From Raillietiella orientalis (taxonomy: Eukaryota), in NCBI GenBank assembly GCA_036172245.1, contig JAYWIR010000030.1, positions 2,108,001 to 2,172,000 of the forward strand: 64,000 bases of DNA. Direction: 5' to 3'. The notes beneath the pieces were generated by a model. That model was not told where the DNA came from, ran no database searches, and saw only the letters and a list, made by a program, of their open reading frames with translations. Each line of letters opens with the position of its first letter. The first letter of the stretch is position 1. The translations under genes were made by a program, and so were the position numbers. Below are positions 12,020 to 24,000 of this stretch, piece after piece.

Positions 12020-15000
12020 CCAAGCGCGCCAACTCTCCACTCGTGAGATGTCCTGTAGATAACGCTTCAGCCGTTCCAGAATCCCTTCCCCTGTTTCGTT
12101 GCTCCTCGAGTGGTTGGACTGTACGAACGCATGGACTCTAGGCTTCTAGAATTCATTCTCCGGCTCCGCTTTTGAAGATGCTGGGCTGTATCATTTGTTT
12201 CCATTATAAAACTGGAATACTGCAGAGGGTAGAGAATTTTAATTGCAGGTTAACGCTCGGCGCTGCTGAAACATTGTTTTAGTCTTTCGTGGCCGGGCTT
12301 GCTGTTAAAACCGGAGGCAGCGTGGACAGTCCCATTCGTTTCGACGTGCCCCCAGAGAGAGAGGTTTTATCTCCTTTCCGAATCTGGCTTCGGTGCGGAG
12401 CGCCTTTGGTCCTGCGTCCGAGCGAGCGAACTGTACCCCACCATGCATTCGGATTCTCTTCTGAAGAGGCGCGCTTTGCCTCACCCTCTGGGAGCCTGGT
12501 GGTCGCGTAAAGAGCGCTCCGCGCTAGAGGAAGACGAACGTCCCCTTTCGCCTTCTCTTCCGATGCGTTCGTGGGATCCCCTTGCAGCGCAGGCCGTTTC
12601 CTTCGAGAAGGAATGAGGGCTCGGTGGGCACGGAATCTCTGACGACGGAGCGGACGGGACAGGGGGACGGGAGACTACTCCGTGACGGTCGTCGGCTGCC
12701 GGAATCGCCATTAGGCAGAGCATTCCGCCCGATGGCCACGAGGCAGCATTGCGATTGTTTCACAGGATGTTTCGCTTTTTCTCTCTCTCTTTATCTATCA
12801 GTTCGTTGCTAGGGACACCGATGCCTCCTTCCTCGGCGTTTCGTCTCTCCATTTAGTGTGCCGGCTAATCATTAATACGAATCTGCTCTGTCGTTCAGAG
12901 AGCCATATGTCCACCATTAAGCGGTCCACCCTCTCGGTGAGCGCAAGATTATCGAAGGTGCTTCTTGCCACCGTCCGAACCCCATCCAGAGTCCTATAAT
13001 CTTCCGGCTGCGATGATGCAAGGGAGAGAAATGGACCGACCGAAATTTACCTTTCCTGATCCACTTTGCAACTTTTTCCTCTTTTTCTTCCCGGGTTTGA
13101 AAAACAGCGGCTCGCTGATCTTCGAGATATCTTCCGAATGGCCTCGAGTTCACTGCTCCGAGGGTCGTTCCTATGCGAACGGCAACACAAAATCCAACAA
13201 TCAGAGATTTTCTCGGTCTGTTGGATTCTGAGCGCTGCTCCCAACGTTCGTGTTCATGAACTCTGGTCCATAATGCTAGCCTTGATGCTGCTGTAATGCT
13301 CGATCAGTATTTCTCACGTGCCTTTGCGGTCCGGAGATTCTGGTGAAGATTTCAAGCCGGCAGGCAGCAGTAGGAAGCGTGGAACATATTTTTCTTTTTT
13401 ACACTGACACGCATTCAAGGTCAGAAAGTGAAAGTGCAAAAAGATCCATGGAGCGATGGATTTCTCCTTCGCCCAGGAAAGCGACTCCACCAGAGAGAAG
13501 CGAACGATCCCAGCAGTGAGGGTGTTTTCTCGGAAATTTCTGTCGCTAGGGTTTCCCACGACATCGTGTTTTGGACACACGCACTATATACTATGTGGCT
13601 GTCCGAGAAAGTTGGCATCTGAACTTAGCGAGTCCACCTTCCCTACCATCCCGATGGGAAATGATGAAAAGGAATCGTCAAAATGCTTTTTTTTCCCTTT
13701 TTTTCGGATGAGTTTCAGTGACCATTGAATATGGCATAGTGGTCACACGATTCGGGTCACCAGGATGACATTGGAGGATGATTGGTTTATCTCTGGATGC
13801 TCCCATCCATCCATCCATCCCGATTTGAATGCTCCTACACGCATTAGCCATGCAGCCTTCACGCTCAGTCCACGGATTGCCGATTTCTCGAGATGGCTGT
13901 TTCTTGCCCGCACCATGTGATCCGATGTGGAATTTTTAACTCTTTCTTCCCCTAAACCTTCCTTATCCAACATTCGAGTGCACCTTCCCACTCTTCGTTG
14001 GATCTCTCGAGCCATTTTGGACTTTTCATGGGCATCTGCTTGTTTCGTCTGTACACTACCGCTGCCAGCATGAAACACGATCACGAAATGACGAAAACAC
14101 CTCCGGATTTTTCTCTGGAAGAATTTTTCTCTGGAAGGATCTGAAAGAACCTTGGAACCCTTCTACAGCTGTCCTGGAGACAGAAGGGGGAACTCGTCCG
14201 GAAGAGTAGAAGGGGCGACCGGGCATCCAGGGATCGCCAAGAAGAAAGGGAAGCGGGACCGGGTCTCATCGCTGCTGCCGAGCGACTAGTAGTTAAAGGA
14301 AGAGGGAGTGCTTTCCAATGCGACAGTGGTGCCAACGACGGCAGACGAGACCTCCGGCAACGTAGCGTCGACCCGACTGGGCTGGGGGAAGCACGGAAAG
14401 CAAGCCGTCGACCGAGCAGAGCCTCGTCTTCACCCGGGACCCGCCAGACCGTGAATTTGTGACGAGCATCGCCAGTCGAAGACGATCGTTAAAAAAAAAA
14501 GCCAAAAAAATGCAACCAGGCCAGCCATTACAGGAAGTCCATGGAAACCTTCAAAAACGAAGAATGTACAACCGAAGATGAAGTATGCAATGGAAAATTC
14601 AAAGTAGGAAGAAAGTAGGAGTTACGAAGAAGAGAAGACCGACGATAATTGTGACGGTCAAGGGAGCTTGGAGCTAGTTCTCAACACAGGCTGATTTTCT
14701 TATACGAAAATTGTGCTACAGGTTACCAGTATCCCTCGACAAAGGCAGCAAGGTATTACCTCACTCGTGTGAAATTTCCGGTCAGGAGGCGGCCATTGCC
14801 TTCCCTCCAGATTAAAGTACGTAAAAGAGACAATACAGGATAATACGGAAAGGATCGAAATCCGGTACACAAGTCGGGCATCGTGACAATCACGAAACAG
14901 CGTCGTGGCAGCAAATCGTTTTCGGCGCCGTTTCCAAAGTTCTGCGCAACTTCCAGGCCCGCATTGCGTCGGGAATTGAATGCGGTGTTCGACCAGACAG

Positions 15001-18000
15001 CTGACATGTAAATAATAAGTCCAATGCCTTCCGGAGGAGGTGGAACTCATTGGATGAACATTGCGCCTTACTTTACACACGAAGTTCGGACTTCACCGAA
15101 ATGCCGGACGAAGAACTTGCTGTGCATAGATCGCATCCCTTGCCTTCGAGGGTGCAACCACGAGGGAATGCACTCCATTGATTGATGATTTCAAGAAAAA
15201 AAAGGGAAGCTGAAGCATCTGATGTCACCATAGGGAGGTACATCGAAAAAAAAATGACTGGGATCCGCCCAGTTGCTTTAGAAAAGATGTTCTCTTGGAC
15301 AAGGTGGTCTTGAATGTTAGCGTCTTGAATCCATTCCCTGGTTCTGCGTCCCGACAGCCCTCCGGCAAAGAGCTCATCCTTGATTTAATGCAGCAGCGCG
15401 CATGAACTGAATACAGCCAAAGCCTTGAACATTACGTGAATCATGACTTCAACTGAAAGAACCACTGGTCATCTGCTGATGCCTTAATCGGCGCGATGGT
15501 GGTAAACAGTGACCGCAGTTGCCAGTTAGGGAGGTAGATGCGATTCGTTGCCTGGAACAAATGGGATCAAGAGATTCCAGGAACATTGAAAAGTCCGCGT
15601 AAGGATTTTAGATAAACCCACCAGATGGAGTTTGAAAAAAATATCCGGGCGCTCGCCATAGCTTTTTCTTGTTTATTTGAATGTTACAGCCAGTCAGCCG
15701 ATATTGAAAACAAGCTGCAAACAAAGTGGGTCATAATTATTCCTCGACTTTGATGCCGGGAGAAACCGGTTTCCATGAACACGTTCTCGGTCGAGTGGGT
15801 GACAGCCTATTCCGATGTATCCGACTTTCTTAATTCCTACCTTCTTTAGGGCCCCACCCCTCAGTGTGTCGCTTTCCAGTTTTCCTACAGGCTTCCTTCC
15901 TTATTTTTGTCACTCGTCGTCAATAAATCTTTGATCAACGACAATTCGAAGGACTGCGAAAACCTTTGTCCACCGATTGGGTTCCATTCAGCTTCGGACA
16001 CGTTCGACTTTGTAGCCTCCTTTGTGAGATGAGTGCTGCGACCACTGCAACCGAATGATTAATAGCGCTCATCTCTACGCGATAAAAAATGAATGTTCCT
16101 GTTCCAGTCATAGGTTCATAACCGTCACTGGAATCTAATGGCAATATGATTGATAGCATTCAACGATTCCTTTTTCGAATGATGATGATGCTTGTTTAGG
16201 TGATTTTTCCATTCAAAAGTCGGGATCTGTTTGTTATTATTGCATTTTTTTTCCATCGTTACGTTTCCCTTGGTTTCCAGTCCAGTTCCTTCTTTTTTGC
16301 GACAAGGATCACATCAGAACTGACAGAGTCGCTGATCATGCTCCGAGGCGCACCTCGTGAGGTTTGAGGTCAGATTCTCAAGAACCGAGGACCGCTTTCC
16401 GTGAATCCAATTGGCAAACGACGTCATTCGTAAGGATGCCCAAGCACTCCGCATCCCCTCCACGAATCTGGAGAGCCCTTTGTGTTTTCCTCATCGTCTC
16501 AGAAGACCAATTATTGATTCTACTCAGCCCCACCACGATCGAAACAACTGATAAATGGAGATAGGCTGCCGGTCACTCGGGTCTTGGTCTGCACACAAGA
16601 GCCTTATCTGGTCACACAGTGATGCCCGTGCGAGTGAGGCAAACGCAGCAAGCTTTATATGTTTGCAGACGTGAGAGCTGCAAAGAGTACCTGAAAGATG
16701 ATGGAAGGAAAAGTGGACACCCACGCGGAACTGAACTCAGGCGCACCAGGAAATCCACACGCGCTTCTGGTTGTGATTTGCGATCTTTCGCTCCTGGTTT
16801 TCTCCTGTCTGTCAGGAGCGTTCTCAAGTTTTGGCGCACGGAGAAACGCTCTCGGGAAATTTCTGCCTGCGCCGTTGGGCTTCGTTCCTTTCCTGGAGCC
16901 CTGGTGAGTGCCTCGGAAGCATCTCGGCTTGCAGGTATCGGTTCGAACTGTCCCCGTTCGCTTGCTGTGAAACACAAACGCTGATTTCGCGGCCAGTGAT
17001 CTTGGGCGGGGCGACTTGGTTCGAAGCGACTGCGATCCGATAGCACTCGAAAGGACCTGCCTCTTTCCCTCCGATCCAAGGAGCCTCCGGAAATCTATCC
17101 CGCTTCTCGGAGGAGCAGGGTCTTGAAAGGTCCGAGTCGCGAACGCTGAGCACGTGCGTGTTTGAATGCCACGCCGTTTCGCAACCTTCTGGCAGCAACC
17201 GTTCAAGGAATCGCTCTTTTTCTTAAGTGAGAGAGCACGATGGAAGTCGAGCCATTCTCATTCATGGCGCTTGTGAAAATCCTATCGGTCCTGCGTGGAA
17301 TCTTCAGCACGTATTCATGCGACACTTCGTTCCGTGCAGAACAGCTGCTAGGTGTCTTCGTAGGTTGCTTGATTGGGGGGAAAAAAAAGAAAAAAAAGGA
17401 GAGCGAGCACAAATGTCTGTTTTCTTCATTACTTCCTCGCGAGTAGGTGTGGACGGTGCGTTTCCATATCACTAAATACATCCGCTTTCCTCCTCCTGAA
17501 AATCCTCAAAGATCCTCTGCTGCCACGGACTGGGGGAGTGCCAGTGCTTAGTCCGTAGAGTGTACACACCTACACTTGGTGAGAATGCGCTATTTCTCGG
17601 TGGGCATGAGATTCCGCAGAACGAATCGGTGGGCAGCTTCGGCAGCTTAGCCGGCGACGCTTCGCTGAGAATCCAGATACTTCCGAGTAAGATATTTTCT
17701 TGCCTGAAGCGAGAATGCAACATTCCACCCACACGTCCCGCAAAATTGCAATGGATATGCGATAATTCATGCTCTTTTGCTTTCACTCGGCACAACACAC
17801 CCATTTTGTCCCAGTCTTGTCTCTTTCCTCGCAGAAGCATCCCTGTGCTAAAAGGAACCTAAGGTTTTCCTTAGGTTGCGTGACTGCTCTTCGTGAAGGC
17901 TCTTGCTTTCCTTAGGTGCATTAAACGAAACGCTTATTTACTGTAAGACAATCAATTGGCCGTCGTTTGCTTCCATGCAGGGAGCTGATGCCTTGGTACA

Positions 18001-21000
18001 AAGGGCATGTGTGGTACAAAGCTCCCAGTAAACTTGGTGATTCTTCTTTCCTCGTGTAAATTATTTGAACTTTGCATTTCTTTTTTTTTAAATGAGCGAA
18101 TGAGGAACTCCTTACACAGACTCTTTTAGCATTTGGTTTCCATTTTTTCTGCTTCCACCTTGCAGTTGGACTCTGATGTGGAGGCTGGATTGTCCTAGGA
18201 TTGTTTCTTTTTTTTGGGGGGGGGGGGGGGGTCTCCTCATCTTTGAAGAAACAAAGTCTTCATCGAGTCCTAATTACTGAGATATTTCTAGCACTTCTCA
18301 ATAGCAAGAGCTGGTCAACAAAATGTACTGTGATATTTACAGCATCACGAACTCCAATTACTCAGATAACCGATATTAGTGAATACGGTGATTCCTTAGT
18401 TTAAGAAAATAGCTGTTGTTGATGGTCTCGGGTTCTCACTGAAACGCAGTACGGAAGATTCTTGCCTGGCGAGTTCTCTTTGTAATATAGATGGTTTGCA
18501 GGGAGCTTCGCAGGGGCTAAGTTCTTCGAAAACTGGTGACAGTACTTGTTTCTAAATCCCACGCTCTGATTTATTTCCTTGGCCCCTCGTTGTAAGAAGA
18601 AGAAGAAAAAAAAAAAACTCCTACTAAAGGAATATCTGCTTATTTTCCCTGAAAGAGTTTTCGATGGCTTGGAGGAAAGCCCATCCTAATTATGGTCCCA
18701 TACGCTAGAAATTTTGCAGTCGCCACGTGTTTTTTGACAAGGCCGCATTAAGAAAACGAACCGTTGTGTTCCATTCCCGATTCTTCATTCCTCAATGGTT
18801 CCACAAAATCTTATCAATTTCTTGTTTAGCGTGAAGAGTGAACAGGCGTGTGCATGTGGGGGAAAAAAATGCATGGTTCAAAAACTGGGGCCAACTCTTG
18901 CTGAAAATTTTGTGACGTCACCCGTGATTTTCATGGTTTCCATCATCCCGAGGATTCTACATAGAAAGGTCGTGCTATAACTCATTTTATGGCTTGCTTG
19001 TGACCACTTGTGCCTGCTGAAGAATGAGCTTATTTCACAGATGAAGAAGTACTGACTTGAATTATGAACGTCCAGTTGCCGTCAAGGATGGCGACTGGAC
19101 GTTAACTTTTTCCACTCTAGACAATCCGCACAAAAATTCCTTTCGCAAAACGACATCGAAATCCTCCTTGCGAAGAATCTTCTGGTTTCAAGCCGCATTC
19201 CAAGTGAATCCATTTCCGCATTCCTGTAATGTTGTCTTCACTATTGGTAGTTGAGCTCTCCACAAAGAATCCCTTTCAAATCAAAATTTCGGGGGGAGCA
19301 AACTTCTAGGGTCACGTCTCCTACTTGGAAACCTCCAGCTTTCCTCCCATTAATTCAAAGTCCGAGAGAAAGTTTCTCGGAACCGAAATCGTCAGCACTT
19401 TCCAAAAGTCTCGTCTTGTCTACTCCTTGCCGAAAAGCCTTCGCTTGATGGGCGGGTTTGAATCGAGGCGTGCCGTTCCCAATCACAGAGGCAGAAGGTC
19501 AGACCTACGGCAAATGTATTCAGCTGCCACTCAGCAGCCCTGCTTTATGACGCTCTCTCGCTAAATGCCTTACCTTAACTTCTGTGCTCATCAGTAGCTC
19601 CTTGATCCCAGAGCACAGATGCGTTGCTCTATCGCTATCCTGATGTCTTTAAAGGCTTTGAAAAAAATCATGGCAATCTTCTTGCACAGTTTCCAGTCTT
19701 TCTCCAGACAGCTTTTTACAAGCTGCGATGTCTACCGACATCATCCTCTATACCGAAAGAGTCCTTCCAAATCTGTCACGTTTCTTCTTCGGTGATTTCT
19801 CCAAGTGAATTGGAAACGTCTGCAGGAAATGTTCCAGAACTCTTGGATTGTTTGTCCATTCCCTCATGGAAACCCGAATCTCTCGCCAGTTGTGAATTAG
19901 GGATCGTTTATTGAATTCTCCAGGCTCTACCATCCTTCTGCGTTCTCTTTCTGTTTTGATCTGGGTCCGGAGCAATCTTTTATTCCGGTAGGAATAAAAG
20001 AATTCTCTGGATAGATGCTTTGGAAAGAATCCGATCAGAAGCACCTGAGGAGAGAACAAACAAAAGTTCCTGCTGAAAAATTGCATTTCCTGGTCACGTG
20101 ATCATCACAGCGATTTGATGATGGTTTTCGATTTCAAGAAAGTAACATCAAAACCTGGGAGTATCGTGACCTGGTCAGTTTGATCGATCGCTTCGACGGG
20201 TGCGCTGAATAACTTGAGTTTTTTTCGAGTCGAAAAATATCTGTTTCTGAAGCGGACACACCATAATAATATCCCTTAACCATTTAATTTCTTTTGTGTT
20301 ATTCCCTCAAAGTCTACTTTGTATCAACCAGTCCTGATTATACTGCCTGCTTCTTTCAAAGCGGGTTGTTCCTTTCAGAAACAGGCAAAAAAAGAAAAAA
20401 AGACTTTCGAATTCTCGAAAAATCATTCAATCACACGTTTTGCGTATAAAATTACTTCCCATCTCCATGGCGAAATCGCTACATCATGAGCTTCTTCGAA
20501 GGAGTGCAGCCGAGTTCTGTAGATGCACGTTCTTATCACGCGCTTTAACATTCGTTCCTGTTGGCTCGGAGTTGGGGTCCATCGCCTGGAAGGAGCGCCT
20601 TCTGAATTTGGATCTGCTCTTCTTTAACAAAGTGCACGAATTTTGAGGGAAGTCGAAGCTTCCTCGAGGAGGCAAACCATCAAGTGACTCCGGAGGCTGC
20701 CCGCAGCTGAAGACAGTCTCGGAATAGTGAGATGGGGAAAAAAAAAAAATCTTGAGTATGAAGAATTGGAATTGGCTGGGATGGACAGCATGCGATGTTT
20801 GGAAAATCTGCTCCGAAGGCGCTTTTTTTTTCCTTTTCACGATTATTCCATCGCCATTTACGTTGGCTCCTCGGGATCAGTTGAACCAATGGGTTGTGAG
20901 AACAAAATATCCTGAATTAACCAGAAAACATATCCTTGTGAAGGAAAAAATAAATAAATGCTGGAAGCAGATTCGTTGGCTCCAGAGGCTGTTCTGAAAG

Positions 21001-24000
21001 CTTCAGGGCATGTGGGAGAATTTGCAGATTCATGGTAAAAGATATACAAAATGGTGGAAAGTATCGTTTGGATCGTTTGATCGAAACTCATTCGAAAAAA
21101 CTGATCTCATGAAAAAAAGTTTTTTTTTTTTCTTTTTTCAAGAGAACGATCCTAGTTGAGATGGAATGAATAAGGTAGCAATGGCGGAGACTCTCAGGAA
21201 GCTGTGCATCAGATCTCCAACAAATGGGAAGGGACAATCTGGAGCTTTTGACTTTGATTTTCTTTTGACTTTGACTCTGTTTCCGATCACAACAGGTGCT
21301 TCTGGAAGTCTGAAGCTCCTCGAAGTATCTATCAAACAGTGATTTTTCGCTGGTGATGGTCGGTTGGTAAATCACCATCTCGTGACCACAGAAATCTATT
21401 GCGAAAACCAGTCCCCAGAATTTGCGCGTTAGAAATATGATAGGTGACCATCAGCTGTTTCCACGAACCAGCCGACCTCACAGATTTCCAAGGAAGGTTC
21501 CAAGGAAATCCTGTATTTCGAATGCTCAGGGTCTTGTCTTCTCGTCGACTAATCGAGAACGACCAACTCTGCAAGAAATCGTAGCACAGTTTTACCTTTC
21601 GTCCTGCTCCTATGCAAAGGAGACACACCTCCCTGTCGTTCCTTGATTCATGGGACCTTTTGGGGGGAATCACGATTTTCAAACACAGATGTGATTCGAA
21701 TGAACATTCTTACGTGCTTGTCATGGATTTCTATGTGACTTCCTGTCTCTGGATGAGAACTGCGCACCTTCCTGTTAGCTCATTAGTGATGAACGTCCGT
21801 CAGTTTATAAAGATAATTCGTAAATTTTTCGAAAAACGTACAAAAATTCGACAAAAGTGAAAAAAACTTTTTTTTGAATTCCACGTACATATCTGAAAGC
21901 ATTATCTGAAAAGTCGTTGCAGCTATCTTTTCCAAACTACTGGGCGAGAAAGAAGAATCGGGACTTTAGCGGAAGTCTTTCGGAAAGAAATGTTTCGTGA
22001 CTCAATGTCTAAGGATGGAAAGTGTTTCAGCTGAAATGGCGATTCCGCTATCGCAACACTCACGGATGAAGTATTGATCGGGATGCTGAAGGAATGCTTG
22101 CGATTAATTCCTGCTAATCAGCGGTTCAGATGGCAGTTTGCCGCTTCGAGATAATCTGAATTGAAGGAATTCTCTTCGGCGAACACCCAGGTCTCTGATT
22201 GGCTTGGGAGCTCTGGGACAGTGGGCACCGCGCAACCCACCCATGTTGCTCTCGTTTGTTTGTTTTTGTTTATCGACGCGTCAGCTCGTATCGATGGAAA
22301 CCACGAGACCCTCACCGGTCAACCTACGATTCTGTTTGCAACATCAATCGGCTGGGCTCCTTTCGCCAGTTCATTATGCACCGTGGATGCCCTGAAATTT
22401 TTGCAGAAGACCCTGAAAATCTTAAAGAGCAACAGCTTTCTCTGATGGCATGCAAAGCATTATTGAAGTCATTATGGGGAAATCCAGATGCTCATCTCTT
22501 CTCACGACCCACTGGATCGTTCGTTCCTGAGTTTTCCCCTTTCTGTTGGAGCAGGAAGGAATCGAAAACACGATGGACCTTGATGTCTTCCGGACTGGTG
22601 AACCAGGAAGTAACAGGTTCAAAGGCTAGGATCAAGGAAGAGATATCTGCAAGGCAACAACGAGTTACCAGATCGTTCCTGCTGCCAGCCCTGCCACTCT
22701 GAGAGCCAATTTCACTGTTTAAGATGACCAGCGCTATCACATACAGATCCAGAACTTTCTCTCACCTCTTAAGATGCCCTTCACCTTTCTCAGCTAGCCA
22801 AGATGGCTTCCGTTTCTCACTTCCGAAGGCCCTAAGAGCCTTCCGTCGGATTGACCACCGTGCAAATGCAGCAGTGGCAAAGGCAAACAGCGAAGAAGGG
22901 TTTGGACAGCTCCCTCTCGAGAGGCTCCTCCTCCGACCCCCATGAAGGGTTGCTGATCTCATGATAGAAAGCAAGCGAGTGCGAGAGAGAGAGAGAATGG
23001 GCATTGGAAAAGAGCGTCTGAGCACCCACGTGACGTCCTCAAGATGCATGACATGGAGCTCGTCTGATCCATGGCTCTCTTTGATTCCCTTCATACTTTG
23101 GGACTTGGTCCAGAAGAAATTTATCCTGGACAGTGATCCAATGCCTCCCAGCACAAGTCCCCGGCTGCCCTGGTTGTTGGCGCACACACTATCCTCTTCT
23201 TCGTGCCCTCTGCCATCTTGGTGAGAATCCCGGTACATCTCCTGGGAACCTCGTGTTTGTTTTGCTACCGGCCTGGCAGGGATCCCTGCACCAGCATTTG
23301 CAGCGAAGCCGATGCTCGTCTGGAAGTGAACACGAGCGATGGTTTCCTGTATTCTGCATGCTTCTATTCTTGTGACGCGTCTTTGAATGCTGCTTCCTGA
23401 TTCTCGCAAGGGTCAGGCGTCATCAGGAGTGACGCCTTGACTATCGTTCTGTAGAACGAGGTCCGTGAAGATCCGGCATGGGGCTGTCTGCAGTTGACCC
23501 CGGTCAATCCTCCTTTTGCCCGCGTCCCTTTTTTGATGAGAACTTTAAAAAAAAAAAAATAGTAGTCGCGTCCACGAATCGGGATCAGGTTCCTGTCTCT
23601 CCAGGAAGCTTGCGCTCTGGATACGGTTCCTGGATTTGATTTTCGTTGGGCAAAACGCACCGTTCCATCTGCAGCTTCTCCTCTTCCTCTTTTCCTCTTC
23701 GGAACGAAGACCTCCCGAACAGGAAGGAGTTTTCCGTCCTCTCACGGAATCCTCTGGTTTCAGGTCTCGGTTGCTCAGAAGCCTGAAGTGCCAAACGTGA
23801 AAAGAGAGATCTTTTTCCTCAACCTGGAGGATGGTTACTTCGGCTGCCAAGTGAACGAATCTTCCGAGGTGCTTCAGCTCTTTGAACTCTCCAAGCTGTG
23901 CGACGGAAGCCCGCAGTGTTTCCTGGGCTCAGACGAGATCGTCGAGGAACTGAAATGCACAAGTAGGTTGACGGGATGAGACGATGGGGCGGCGCTCCTT

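Noticed and set aside
17856..17877. Perfect 9-bp hairpin aacctaagg-tttt-ccttaggtt
   Set aside because: Isolated, too short for a pre-miRNA, and plausible by chance in 64 kb.
10984..23763. Possible nested gene or ncRNA in the 12.8-kb second intron
   Set aside because: Only short ORFs, TE relics and simple repeats were seen; no tRNA, rRNA or snRNA signature recognised by eye.
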